Shown here: positions 44,818-59,212 of the stretch, piece after piece | Layout of the letters: the number at the start of each line of letters is the position of its first letter | Position numbering within the stretch: the first letter of the stretch is position 1 | Origin: the human T2T-CHM13v2.0 reference genome, Homo sapiens | DNA length: 64,000 nt | Strand: one strand, 5' to 3' | Assembly: GCF_009914755.1 (NCBI RefSeq) | Contig: NC_060945.1 | The notes under the pieces: generated by a model | Seen by the model: only the letters and a program-made list of their open reading frames with translations | What the model was told of the DNA's origin: nothing | The model's database searches: none | Translations under genes and position numbers: made by a program

Positions 44818-45176
44818 TCACTAAGAAAGTATGTTCCCCAACTATACTATAAATGAATTAAAAATCAGCAACAATAACATACCTATAATATCTCTATGTA
44901 GTAGAAGTTAAAAACAATACACTTTTAAATAACTCAAATGTCCATGAAAAGAAAAATCACAAGGAAAACTAGATGATATTTTGAATGGAATGAAAATGAA
45001 AGCAAAATGTGTTGACTATAACTAAAACTAACATGGAATGAAGATATCTAACTGCTTTCTTAAGAAGCAATAAAACAAGAGCAAAGTAAACTGAAAATAA
45101 GTTAAAGGGAGGAAAAAAAAGACTGAAAATAAATGAAATAAAAAATGAAAAAAAGACAAAATAAGTAATACTGAAA

Positions 45177-45385
45177 CAGGCTTGTCCAACCTGAGGACTG
45201 CATGTGGCCCAGGCCAGCTTTGAATGCAGCCCAACACTAATTCATAAACTTTCTTGAAACATTATGAGATTTTTTTTCCTTTTTTTTGGCTCATCAGCTT
45301 ATCATTAGTGTATTCTATGTGTGGCCCAAGACAATTCTTCTCCTTCCATTGTGGCCCAGGGAAGCTAAAAGATTGAATACCCCTG
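45177..45385 (-). mobile_element. MER30 hAT MITE
   Basis: caggcttgtccaacc...tggcccagggaagctaaaagattgaatacccctg; degenerate 8-bp TSD tactgaaa/tattaaaa. Confidence 0.88.
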
Positions 45386-47205
45386 TATTAAAAGATCATT
45401 AATGATCTAAAATAAGTGATCTTATAAAGAATTGATAAACCTCCAGCTAGACTGACTGATCCAGGAAAAAATAGAAAAAACACAAATTACCAATATGAAG
45501 AGACTGCAATACAGATTAGATTATAAGACATTAAAAGGATATTAAAGGAATATTCTGAACAATTTTATGCCAATAAATCCAACAACTTGGATGAAATGAA
45601 ATTTTCCTAAAAGACACAAATTACCAAAACTGACAACAGAAAAATCTGAAAATATCTCTTAAAAAAATCTTAATTCTCCCACAAAAAACTAAAACCAAAC
45701 CAAATAAAACCCTCTAGGTTCAGATGACTTCACTGGTAAATCCTATCAAACATGTAAAGAAGAAATCATACCGATCTTACACAGCTATTTCCAAAAACAG
45801 GGAAGGAGACAGCACTTCCCATCTAATTTTATGACACCAAATATCACCTTGACACCAAAATCAAATAAAGTCATTACAAGAAAAGGATACAAAAGTCCAA
45901 TATCTCCCATCAACACCAATATAGAAATCTTAAAAACAAACAAACAAACAAACAAACAAACACCTAGAAATCAACTCTAGCAATATCCCTAAGGACAACG
46001 CACCACAACCAAGTGGGGTTTATCTCAGGGATGTAAAGTTAGTTTAAAAGTTGAAAATGAAACCAGTGTAATTCATTGGTAGAATGAAGAAAGTTGTATA
46101 ATCATCTCAACAGATACAGAAAGAGGCATTTGACAGCATTAAACATCGTTATGATAAAAATTCCCAAGAAACAAAGTTTAAAAGGAATGTCCTCATTTTG
46201 ATAAAGGTTTTCTCTGCAGATCCTACAGACATCATACCATACGGTGGACTACTGAAAGCTTTCTGCCTAAGCTTGGGAACCATGCAATTATGCCCATTCT
46301 CGTGACTTCTGTTCAACACTATGGAAGTCCTGGACAGTATAATAAACCAATAAAAAGCAAGACAAGACATAAGGATTAGAAAGTAAGAAGTAAAAGGATA
46401 GTCAGAGGAAACGTAATTGCAAATTTCTTAGTTTTCTATATAAACAAACCACTAGAAGTAATAAGTGAAACAGACTTATCAGACTACAAAGTCACTATAC
46501 AAAAATCAATTGTGTATCTACATACTGAGAGCAAACAACTGGAAAATCAAATTCAAAAGTTCTACTGACAGTAGTGTAAAATTATAAAATACTTAAGAAT
46601 AAATTTTTAAACAGGCATGCAAGACTGCTACATTGAAAATTATTAAATATTGAGGCCGAATATTAAGATGTTGATTCTCCCCCAAAATAATCTGGACTCA
46701 ATACAATTCTCCGAGAAAATCCAGCAGGCTTCACTGTAGAAATTAATAAACTAATAGTAAGTACAAAGTTGGAGGACACACACTATCTGATCTCAAGACT
46801 TCATGAAATTATAGCAATCAAGATACATATACCAATAGAAAAACAGACAATCGATAGAACAGAGTCCAGAAATAGACCAATACATAGAAATTTAATTGAT
46901 TTTTTATGAAGATACGAAAATGGATTAATGCAAAAAGGGAACACCAGTGGTGCTGGCACAAATGGCTATCAAGATGTTAAAAAAAAAAAAAAGTAAATCT
47001 TGAAACCAAACTCACACCATGCGAAAAATTAATTTGAGATTAATGACAGATTTAATGTAAAAACTAAAACTATGAGGCCTCTAAAAGACAATGTAGAATA
47101 TTTTCCTGACTTTGAGGTAAGCAAAGATGTCTTAGATCAAAGAGATAAGGTAGTAACCATAAAATAAAAAAAATAAACTAAGCTTTATAAAAATTAAAAG
47201 CTTCT

Positions 47206-47468
<263 letters not shown>

Positions 47469-48373
47469 TTAAGAAACGGAAAAGGTAAAACTCAGACTGG
47501 CAGAAAAGACTGATAACTCCATCGACTCTTGGCAAAGATGTAACTGGAGAACTAATTCATTGTTGGTGGGAGGGTAAAATGGCACAACCACTTTAGAAAA
47601 CTTTTGGCAGTTTCTTATATAGTTAAACATTCACCTATCCTTTGATACAGCAATTCCACATCTACATATCTACCCTAGATATTTATGCTAATTTTAGAAT
47701 TATTGATTTGCCATTTCAAAAGTAATGATTCTTCCAGAATATTAGCTTTATACCATTCCATATTTTATATATTTTTTAAGCTACTATAAATTATGAAGAT
47801 TCAAAATGCAATTTGCCAAGTTTTAAAAGAGAAAAAAAAGTACGGAAATAACTAAGTGGAAAACAGGCTGGTTAAGTGTGTTTGGGTCAGTTTATTTCTA
47901 GTATCATTTACAGGCTACCCTGATATTGTATTTAAAATTTTCATTCATTTCAGAGTTCACAAAATAATGATTTTTCCTGTGAAGATACTTCGTTTAAGAG
48001 ACAACTGACTTCTACAACTAAAATGTATACATGTTCAAAGAAAATAACTTGTAAAATATATTTGGTTGAATAACATTTTCATTAAGCCTTTAAAATTATG
48101 TATCAGAATATCTGGCTATTAAGCAGTCTAATGGTGCCTACTAAGTCAGAGAGTTGTAACTCTTCTCTCCTGTGCTCTGTTCTGATAATGAAGTAAAGGC
48201 ATCAGTAGCATCTACTGTGCTAAAGAATAAATGGAATTTACACCTGTAGGTAATATTTAAGCACTTTAAGACAAATATGAATACATCATAAATTTCTAAC
48301 TAGGAAAATATTTTCAATGAGATCTCAAGAAATGTTAACTTTTTTCAGAATAAAGCACTGAAAACTGACTCAC

Positions 48374-48443
48374 CAACATATCAAACTGGGTTTCTTCATC
48401 TTCTTCTCTTTTTCTCTTCTTATCTTTCCTCTTTTTCTTCTTA
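48374..48443 (-). pseudogene. FRG1: FRG1 paralog exon 2 (KKKKRKDKKRKREEDEETQFDML), 1-nt deletion
   Basis: cctgtag acceptor and gtgagt donor. 70 nt rather than 71 (GATATTGTTG>GATATGTTG), so it ends in the wrong phase. Confidence 0.93.
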
Positions 48444-48814
48444 CTACAGGACATTATTTATACAGATGAGTTTAGGTATATTGATTTGTGTGATAAATAA
48501 ATATCGTAAGATTGAAACTTGGAAGTCTTTTAAGCTGTTTCATTTATAAATTATTGATTTAGGAAGACTTACATTGCTATGCCCTCTTAAATACAATACT
48601 GAGAAGTTGCTTCAGGCTTTGTACATATTATGTTAAAGTTCAAAGCAGATTGTAGAGCCACACTGCCACATTTTAAATCTTGATTCTGTCACTTCTTAGC
48701 TCTGTGATTTTTGGAAAAGGTACTGAACCTCTCTGGCAGTCAGTTTCCCCACTTAAAAAATTAGGATAATAACTTAACTCTTAAGGCTATTGTGAGGATT
48801 AAGAGGTAATATGT

Positions 48815-49432
48815 ATCTTCACGCATTGCTGGTGGAAATGTAAAATGGTGCAGCATCTACAGGAAACAGTTTGTGGTTCCTCAAAAAGTTAAAGAGTTAC
48901 CATATGACCCAGCTATTTTACTCCTAAGTATGTATACCCAAGGGAAATGAAAACATAACCCCACAAAAATACTTACATAAGAATATTCACACTAGCATTA
49001 GTCACAATAGTCAAAAAGGGGAAACAACCTAAATGTTCATCAACTGATGAATGGATGAACAAAATGTCACATCCATACAATGGAATACTATGCAGCCATA
49101 AAAAGGAACAAGTGCTACAACAATGATGGACCTCAAGAATGTTATAAGTGAAAGAAGCCAGATACAAAAGGCCACATGTTGCATGATTTCTTAGGAAATA
49201 TTCAGAATAGGCAATTTCACATAGATAGCAGACTAGTGGTTGCCAAGGACTAGGAGAGAGGGAGGATGGGATGTGACTGCTTTAATGGGTAGGAAGAGAT
49301 TTCCTTCTGAGATGATGAAAATGCTGAGCAACTAGACAGTGGTGAACCTCTTGAATATGTACTAAAAACCACTGACTGTACAAAAGGGTGAATTTTATAA
49401 TTATGAATTACATCGTAATAAAAAAATAAAAA
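48815..49432 (+). mobile_element. L1MB-type 3' end in FRG1 intron 1
   Basis: cattgctggtggaaatgtaaaatggtgcagc...aagtgaaagaagccagatacaaaaggccacat. Confidence 0.85.
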
Positions 49433-50319
49433 CCCAAGAGCGATTTGAAAAAAGTTAATGTGCAAAGTGCCTACAACAATTTCTTGGCGCATTGAAAGTG
49501 CTATATAAGCATTAATTATGATTACTACGATAATCTTAAGACACTCTTGTCTGCATTTTCATCATAAAGTTTTCAGAGGATAACTCACCACTCCTCACAG
49601 GAAATTCACAGAGTAAAAATCTCACATTCATTCAGGATATACCTGCCATTTATTCTGGCATCTTCATGAGGCCAGACTCCTTGAGAGGGTTCTCAAAGGC
49701 AGTGGTTTCAGCTCACTCTTTGATACTTTCCATCTCGCCTAACAATATCAAAACCTCTGTTTATCATGGAGACCAGGAGGAAATGCTCAATATTTGTATG
49801 TACAGTCAACCTCAGGCAAATCTGCCAGTTAAAAAAGAAGCGAGGATATGAATGCACAGGTATTTTTCTCCTAAAGAGCTAAAAAATTACCACTACGAAC
49901 TCCTCCTCACATTTGGCTCAATTTATTTACTGCATATACGTTCTCTAATTTAATCCTCAGAGTCTTCTAAATGTATAAAAAATGGTCTGAAAGTATAAAT
50001 GTGTAAACGAAGGTTTAAAGATACTTGATCTCTTAATGAGTAAATGGAAGTTCAGACATATTAACCAATTTGCCACAAATTACAAAATTAGTAAATGACA
50101 GAGTGCAGGTTCCATCCCATATCCCTATCAAAGCCTATGTACACCTCAACCACTGTGTGATTCATCCTGGTTTCACTCTACATACTAGCTTAGAAAAAAA
50201 TAATCAATAATTTTTCCAGGAAGAGACAATGGAGAAAAGAATAATCCCTAGTAAACGAAGTTATTATCATGAACTACAAGATCAGACTAAAGCAGACCCA
50301 CCAGGCAGAGGCCTGGAGA

Positions 50320-51460
50320 GATGCCTCAGCGGACCCAAACTCGTGGGTACGGGGCCACAGGTCACCCGCCCATCTATCCTGTTTCCAGGGTCGTCAGCGC
50401 GGGAGGCTGCCCCTCTCTGCACAGGCGCCACGAACCGCGGTCCGGCCTCCGTCCATCCCAGACAGGGTCAGGGCGAAACCTGGGAGGCCACGAAGCCAGC
50501 TCTTCGCACCACGGCTTCCACCGGATCCGCGGGGGTGGAGTGCATCCGAAAAGAACCGAGGAGGCTCCCACCGGAGCTGCAGGACCCAGCTCTTCGCCTT
50601 GGTTCCCTTGAGCACAAGCTTGGTAGACTTCACAAAAGAGTACTCGGCCATGGCTCCGGAAGACTTCTGCGCGGAGAGGCTGAAGCCGGCTCAGGACAAG
50701 TATGTGACCTGGAGCAGCACCAGGGCGGGGAGGAACAGAAGTGGAGGCGAAGTAAACACTTCCTGACAGCGTACGTCTGTCCAGAACCCGCCTTCATCTT
50801 CACCCAAACGCTGAATGGCTGAGATTTCCACTTCCGGGTTTCTGCCACGGAGCTACAGCGGCCTCAGAGGGCCGAAAGGTGTCCGCACGCATCTGCTCCC
50901 TGGCTCCCTCTCGAGGAGCCCCTGAGGATTTGTGCCTCCCAGAGGTGGGGAAAGCCCGCCCGAGGCGCCGGTGCTGACGGTGGCGGGACTGCCGGGCTCG
51001 CTGTGGAACCGCCTCCCGCTAGAGCTGCGGGCTGGCGACGGTCCCCGCGGGGGCGGGAAGCGGCTTAGGCTGCCCTCGTTGGCCTGCGGCGGCGAGTCTG
51101 GAAGCGGGGGCCACTCGTGCACGGGTCACTCGGGGCTGTGCCTCGCGCAACTGTGTGTGCAGGAAACAAGCAGAAAATACCCTAAAATAGAATGAAGCGC
51201 CATGTTGAGGGCCGCGGACTTCGCGAGTGCTGTGGCAATGTGGGCTAAGGTGGAGAGTTATGGTGGCGCATGTTACAGGCTCAGGGGTCAGGAAGAAGCC
51301 TAATCGTGGAGGCGGCATCTGAGGAGGGTCTTGAACGCTGGGCAGGCTTTTGCCCGATAGAGATGGAGGAAGCTAGTCCTGTCTGCTGGAGGAAACAGGG
51401 CAGAGGCGAGGAGGGAGCCTTGCAGCGCTGGTGTGAGGAGCCGCGAGCAGGCCAGGCCTG
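50320..51460. promoter_or_regulatory. CpG-island, probably bidirectional, promoter of the FRG1 paralog
   Basis: GC- and CpG-rich island in otherwise CpG-depleted DNA, spanning exon 1. ETS/GABP motif ACTTCCGG at 50830-50837. YY1-like CGCCATGTT near 51198. Confidence 0.85.
50590..50651 (-). pseudogene. FRG1: FRG1 paralog exon 1 coding part (MAEYSFVKSTKLVLKGTKAKS); donor mutated
   Basis: ATG at 50651 in GGAGCCATGG Kozak context. After 62 nt the intron starts CTGGGT instead of GT. Confidence 0.93.
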
Positions 51461-51611
51461 TAAAGCAGAGTGAAGGGAACCAGGATAGAGAAGGCAAATC
51501 GGGGTCCTGTGGTCACTGAAGAATTTGAATGAAATCAGTAAACAGGTGAGAGGGATCCATCGCAAGAGCATGGGATGAAAGGAGGAGTAGTCCACGGTGA
51601 TTCCTCCGCAG

Positions 51612-51683
51612 CGGTGGGTATTATTAATCGCGTATGTGACACCAAAACGGTGGGTATTATTGATAGCGTATGTGACACCAAAA
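51612..51683. repeat. 36-bp tandem duplication
   Basis: cggtgggtattatt(a/g)at(c/a)gcgtatgtgacaccaaaa twice. Confidence 0.92.
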
Positions 51684-54278
51684 CCACCCCACTCAAGTTG
51701 TGGCTCTTTCCCTAAAGTAGAAAACAGAAACCAGTTGGGTTCCAAGCATCCACGAAGATCTTACTAAATTCGTGATCCCTGGTGGCACCATGGAGTCAGG
51801 ATTGGCTCATCTCAAACCTGACTCAGAAACAAAACCATCTCAATGTGCAGAGATGAACGTCCTTACCTGCTATCATATTTTCTGGTGTTTTCACAGTGCT
51901 GCGCTTCCTAATCCCCATTCCACCGCAATCCACATGCCATGATGCCTAGAGGCATTAACAAAGGAGACACACAGGGGCTCCTCACGTTGGCTTTCCATGG
52001 TTTTGATGAAAATCTCAGTTTCCTCATCTCATACAATGTGGTTAGTAATAGTATCATTTAGGGTTGAAGAATTAAATGGTACGAATTATATAGGGTGCTT
52101 ATAATAACCTACATGGAAAATGCCTAGGATATGTTAGCTATGCTCATCACCAACATCATTATATGATGGTAATAATCAGATAGTTAGGAAGGGCGATGCC
52201 AAGAAAATGGATACATGCTCTTGGGAATGAATGTGGAGAGATCAGAAGGTCAAGAACAAAGCTGTACAACATGTCTGCAGTAAAGGGATAGAGAAAAGAA
52301 AGGCTATAAAAGAAGGAATGAAACAAAGTTAGAGTAAAATTATAAAATCAAAGCTAAGGACAATTTCCAGAAAGGGTAATATCATTTAATATCATAGAGG
52401 TTTAGGAACACAAGATGGAAAAATGGCCTGTGGGTAACTGACATTGAGGTAGTCTTTAGGGAAGCTCCATTTCCGATAGAGAAGTAGACAGAAAGTCAGC
52501 TTGAAGCAGGGACTAGGTGAAGAAGCTGTTGGCTGGTCGCATGGGGATATAAATAAGGGATCGCATATGCCATATTTCTGGGTTTCTTTCTTTCTTGCCC
52601 AGCCTCTATATATGCCTAGAGTTTGGCGAAAACTTACAAAAAATACAAATGAAACCAATTTCGTTTGTAGACTCAAATACAATGCTTTGTGTTAGAATCA
52701 AGATAAATTCATGACTCTCCCTTCTATTGTCACCGTCAGTTTTGAAATTAAACATCAGCTTTTCTTCTTCATTAAAATCATTTTCAACTCCTTCCAGGTG
52801 TTGATGGTTTGGGGGAGTTACATAAGCAGTCAGGTCTTGATGAGTAGAGGAGGAGGGAACAAACAATTTCAGCAAAGGAAAAATTCTGAAATTCTGCTCA
52901 TATTTTTCTCTAGTAACTTTCCTATGTTTGTGAGGATATTCAGTCATAAAGATCCTAGTGAAATTTTTTTCAAGCTTGACTAATCGTAATCACTGTGGAC
53001 TTTTGTTTAAAATGTGTATTCCCAGGCCTCTCACGTGCTGATTCTGATTCAGGAGATCACGGATGGGACTCAGAATACATGTGTTTGAGAAGTACCACAA
53101 GTGGTTCTTATGGTCAGGCAAATTTGGGAATCTAACCAGGAATTTATGTTTTTATGACTGGCAGCTAGAAAAGATTCCTAGAGTCTTTGCTTTTTGAAAA
53201 TAAAATATTTCTTTTTTAAAAGGAAAATTGTATGACTAGATACAACATTTATACATGTGGCACATGTACTATACTGTGTGCTTTTGTCATATTTACAGTT
53301 AAAGATGTGTAAGAACACTCTGAGAAAAATTATCTATTAAATGCAAAGAGGGGTAAGTCAGGGTGGGGGAGAAATGGGACTGGTGTGCTTATTGTTGCTA
53401 AAAGGTAGAAAAGCCAGAATGATAGCCATCTAAGGTTGCAAATAGCACACTGTAAGTTGAGGGAGCTTCACAATCATGTCTGAAACCTTCTTTGATATAC
53501 TGAGTTGTAAACAGTGGCTTTGGACAAGATTTGAGGGAGAAACCAACTATGCTTTAAAGTGTTCATTTAAAAGACTTTAATTAAAGGAAAGTCTTTGTAT
53601 TTACTTAAGCTAATTTAACTTCAGGACTTTAACAAATTACTAGCCCTTAACCTCTTAAAAATTGTCTTTCATTTCAAATGAAAGTTTAAGATGGCCTTTA
53701 CGTTGGATTGGTATACTTGTGCGAAGACTTAACAGCAAGGTAATGTACATTTCTAAATGTTTACTTCTTAATTTTGCTGGAAGAAATATACTATTCAATT
53801 GATTATTTTTAAAGCAAAGTAAAACCATTTATTTTGACAAGTGACACTGTATTTTCCCAGTTTTCAGGTGGCAGAGATTAGGCTTAACATCACTAATCAT
53901 GAGAGAAATGCAAATCAAAACCAAAACGAGATACTATCCTATACCAGTCAGAATAGCTACTATTAAAAAATCAAAAAACAACAGATCTTGGGAGGCTGTG
54001 GAGAAAAGGGAACATTTACACATAATTGGTGCGAATGTAAATTAGTTCAGCCACTGTTTAAAGCAGTTTGGAAATTTCTCAAAGAATTTAAAATAAAATT
54101 ACCTCTCAAGCCAACAATTCCATTACTGGTATATGACTCAAAGAAAGTCAGTTATTCTACGAAAAAGACATATGCACTTGCATGTTCATCGCAGCACTAT
54201 TACAATAGCAAAGACATGGAGTCAGCCTAGGTGCCCATCAACAGTGGATTTGATCAATAAAATGTGGTACATCCACAC

Positions 54279-54685
54279 AGTATTAGGCCATTCTTGCATT
54301 GCTATGAAGAAATACCTGAGACTGGGTAACTTATAAGGAAAAGAGATTTAATTGGCTCATAGCTCTGCAGGCTGTACAGGAAGCATGGTGACGGCATCTG
54401 ATGGCACCTGTGGTGTCTCCAGGGAGCTTTTACTCATGATGGAAGGTGAAGAGGGAGTAGGCTCATCACATGGCCAGAGCAGGAGCAAGAGAGAATGGGA
54501 GTGGGGGTAAGTACCACACACCCTTACACAACCAGATCTCGAAAGAATTCGCTATCACAAGGACAGTATCAGGTCATGAGAGATCCACCCCCATGACCCA
54601 AACACCTCCTACCAGGCCCCACCTCCAACCCTGAGGATTACATTTCACCATGAGATTTATAGGGGCCACCTTCCAAACGATTTCA
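54279..54685 (-). mobile_element. MaLR solo LTR (MSTA-like)
   Basis: gtattaggccattcttgcattgctatgaagaaatacctgagactgggtaa...; 5-bp TSD CACAC at 54274-54278 and 54686-54690. Confidence 0.88.
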
Positions 54686-54943
54686 CACACCATGGAATAC
54701 TATGCACCCATAAAAATAACAAAATCATGTCCTTTGAAGCAACATGGATGCAGCTGAAGGCCATTATCCTAAGTAAATTAATGCAGGAATACAAAACGAA
54801 ATACCACATGATCTCAATTATAAGTGGGAGCTAAACACTGGGTACTTATGGACATAAAGATGGAAAGAATAAACACTGGGACTACTAGAGGGGAGAAGGA
54901 GGAAGGCAAGGTTTGACAAACTAACTATTGGGTACTATGCTCA

Positions 54944-55324
54944 TGTATTAATCTGTTCTCACACTGCTATATAGAACTACCCGAGACTGGGTAATTTATA
55001 AAGAAAAGAGGTTTAATTGACTCACAGTTCCACAGGCTGTACAGGAAGCATGGCTGGGAGGCTTCAGGAAACTTATAATCATGGCAGAAGGTGAAGGGGG
55101 AAGCAAGGCACTTTCTACCATGGCAGCAGGAGAGCAAGTGAGCCGGGGGGATGTACCATATGTTTAAACCATCAGATCTCATGAGAACTCACTTACCATG
55201 TAAGAACAGCAAGGGGGAAGTCTGCTCTCATGAGCTAATCACCTCCCACCAGGTCATTCCCCCTACATTGGGAATTATAATTCAACATGAGATTTGGGTG
55301 GGGACACAGAGACAAACCATACCA
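54944..55324 (-). mobile_element. MaLR solo LTR (THE1D/MSTA-like)
   Basis: tgtattaatctgttctcacactgctata...gagatttgggtggggacacagagacaaaccatacca. Confidence 0.88.
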
Positions 55325-56619
55325 AATGAGCATCTGGATGACGGGATCATTCATACCCCAAAACTCAGCATTATGAGATATACCCATGTAACAAACTGAC
55401 ACATGTACCCCTGAATGTAAAATACAAGTTAAAATTATTTTCAAAATAAATAAATTAATGAATAAATAAATATGATTAAATGAAATTAAAATTTTGAATT
55501 AAAATATTTGAGAATGATTTCAGCTTGACAGTTATGTAAGTTATGTAAATGGAAACAGTGAGTTCTGTAGGGTTCGGATCAATTGCACTATCTGTACTAA
55601 GTTGATGTCCAGTTGTTTGGATGAAAAGAAAAGAGGAGAAACATATAGATCAAACAGAAAAAAAAATGGACAAGTTTTTATGATAGCAAAAAGAAGAATG
55701 GAGGAAATAGGACTGAGGTTATAGTGATTGATAGATATTAATAGATGACTAAGTCAAAAGCCACTGGTTGCAGAAAATATTGACTAATTTTGTTTTATTC
55801 CAGTCAGACAACAAAATCTTATAACCTGCCTCTAGAGAAAACCCTTTTAGCCCTGTAATTATGTTTATTCCAAGCACCATTCCATTCATTAAGTAGTGTA
55901 TAGGGTGATTAATAAGTGAATTATTCACAGAATTAGGACAGAATTTTTGAGTATTTCAGGATATTAATACTATAGTCAATGAATTAAAATAAAATTTGAC
56001 TAGAGGTGTGATCACCATGAATGCCATGTTGGTATCTTGTTAGATTTGGCAACCAAAAGTTGACAAATTTATTAATAAAATAAACGTTCGTTGATGATTA
56101 ATTTACATTTAGTAAACATGCTCTTTCTTCTTCCTTCCCTTTCTTATTCATTCATTCATTCATTCCAACAGAGCAGTGACTTTCATTCTAAGATTCCCAG
56201 AATCCTAAGAATTCTTGAATGTCATCATAGGGAGCCAGGTGTGAGGAGTCACAAATGTTGTATTTAATACTTGAAAAATCTCAAAAAGTTATATATTTAC
56301 ACCAGAAAAAGCTATACAGGTTTTAAGTTATATATATATAGTTGAATACTTTTTATTTCTATCCAGAAATAAGTCATTAGAGTTAATAATGTTGATTATT
56401 TCATACTGACCTAGTAGGTAGCCTTTATATATCATTCATTACTTATTAGTAAAATAAGAACCCCCCCAAAATTACAAAATAAATATATTTTGTGGGGTTT
56501 TCTTAAGTCTGTTGAAACATAAAATCAGAAGAGAGGATTAAAAGTAATCCTTGATTGTTAAAAAGGCAGGGAACTACTAACTTAGAAAATTGTATGAAAA
56601 CAGCAAGATATATACATGG

Positions 56620-56790
56620 TCCTCAGACCAGCTGCCTGTTTTAATAAAGTTTTATTGGAGCACATCCATGGATCTATTGTGCTTTCCTGCTACAATGGTA
56701 GAGTTGAGTGGTTGCTATAGAGACCGTATGGTTCGTAAAGCCTAAAATATTTATCATCTGGTCCTTTATAGCAAAAGTGAACCCAGTTTT
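56620..56790 (+). mobile_element. MER58-like hAT remnant
   Basis: aataaagttttattggagcaca...aagcctaaaatatttatcatctggtcctttatag. Confidence 0.75.
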
Positions 56791-57066
56791 AGAACATTCA
56801 CTTTTCAAATTAGGATACAGTGGATGCTGCCTTAACTGACCTCCACTTAACTGATTTGCAATCAGCACTTTCTGGTACCCCTGTACAACTTATTGACTGA
56901 TGTCCACTGTAAACTGAAAGCCTTTGAGCTACTTTTAATGCCTGTACATTTCTCCTTCCATTACAGAAATTGTATAGTTTCTAAGAGGAAGCTGTGTTGA
57001 TTCCTAAATATGTTTACACCATTTGTTCTTGTTCTTGTAACTATGCGATTTAATTAAATATTATGT

Positions 57067-57416
<350 letters not shown>

Positions 57417-59212
57417 CTAAATGTGTTGGAAAAATGAGAAACTCAAACAGTTGCTGTCAGCTTAACTGTTGGCAAGACAACTAGAAACAAATGGGAAAAA
57501 TTGTGTAATCTAGGATTTCAGATTGCTTTACCCCAGTTGTCTTCACAGAAAATGAACAAGAAATCCATGACAACGTATCATTGGCATAGTTTCCACAAGA
57601 AACTCCACTCTGAATCCGTGCAAGGCTTTGACCTTGTCATCAAAATTCTGGCAAATTTATTTACACATGTCTTTTAAATTAAAGTTGTTTTAAGGACTTA
57701 CATCTAATACTTCTTATGATTCCTCCATCTAACTTAAATTTGTGATTAATCTGTTTATTACTGGTCCCAATCTGATTGAATAAGGGGGTTTCTACCGTAT
57801 TTGCTAACCAAAAGTTTAATTTGACGAAGATGGAATTATAAATACAATAATTCCAGTTTAAAGAATTAGAATGGTAAAGGTTAATACAATTTAGTATGCC
57901 TAAAAATCACTAGAAAAGCTTACTAACAATGTAAATTCTTGTGCCTTCAGCCTGAGATTTTGATTCAATAGGTCTAGCATGAGACATAGGAATCTGGATT
58001 TTTAGGAATGATAAAGGAAAATTGCTTAAAATAGGGTAAATTATGACTTACAAATATAAAATGAACACTTGTCTAAGATTTTTAACTCATTTATTTAATG
58101 AGGGAGCCAGTAAGATGTTATACTAAGTTTTATGGAAAGAGCCACACATATCTAGGCACTAAGGAACACTGAAATAAATTTGCTTGATAGGTTCAAAACT
58201 GACTTCTTGATGGAAGGTGGAAAAAGGAAAATTAATTATACTTCCACCAAAATCAATCATTTGCCTGTCTATAGACAAGAATATTTGCATTACTATCAGT
58301 AATCTACAACTAACAGAATTGCAAATAACAAAGAAAACAAAAGGCACAGAGACCCTATAGAAACAGATAACCCAGGTTATTCTAGACAAGGATGAGATTT
58401 CCATTAAAGACACTCAGTGGTAATTTCGTTGGTCCATCTTAAAATCTTTCCATTTTCTCCTGAAACAAATTGCTCAAGCAATTCAAATACAATGAATGGG
58501 GTCAGTGGGTCACACCTGGAGAAATCATTTTCTAACCTATAACCAAGACTGTTGAATTACTCCCTTCACTGGAAATAATAAAATATTACCACATAAATTC
58601 GTATTATGATAATGGCCCACTATGAATGATTTGGTGTTCTTAATTTTCTTAAGATTTATTAATATTTCTGAAGTAATTACTAAATGCCAAGCAATATATT
58701 TTCTAATTTAATCTTTCATTGACTTTTACTTTCACTTCAATTGAGCTACTCACTTTCATGGCTATAAACTTAACTTTTCAATAACTTAAAAATTGATTTC
58801 TAATGTTATAAACTTAAATGTTCCACTCTGTGACATGCTCTTTCAGACTCTCTCTTCCTTACTGCCAACTCACCTTCTCTTCTATCTCTTCCAGTGCCCC
58901 AGTATCTTAACTCTTCCATTTTCTTTTTTCTTTTATTAAGTGGATACATGATAATTTCACATGTTGATGGGGTACAATGTGGTATTTTGATACATGACAC
59001 ATTGTTAAAACCTCTCCTCCCTATCTTTCCCAGTCTGGTAACCACTCTTCTACTCTCTATTAGATCAGTGTTTTTGGATTTCACATAAGAATGAGATCAT
59101 GTGATATTTGTCTTACCGTGGTTAGCTTATTTCACTTACCACAATGTCGTCTATGCTCATTCATGTTGTCACAAGTGACACGATTTTACCCTTTATTATA
59201 GCCAAATGTGCA

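Larger units (their letters stand above)
53885..55470 (+). mobile_element. L1 3' end (L1PB/L1MA-like) split by two MaLR LTRs
   Basis: L1 segments at 53885-54278, 54686-54943 and 55325-55470 are colinear. Confidence 0.85.

Noticed and set aside
50229-51745. 197-, 165- and 154-aa ORFs and other ORFs over the CpG island
   Set aside because: GC-rich sequence is stop-poor; the ORFs overlap in several frames with no recognisable domains.
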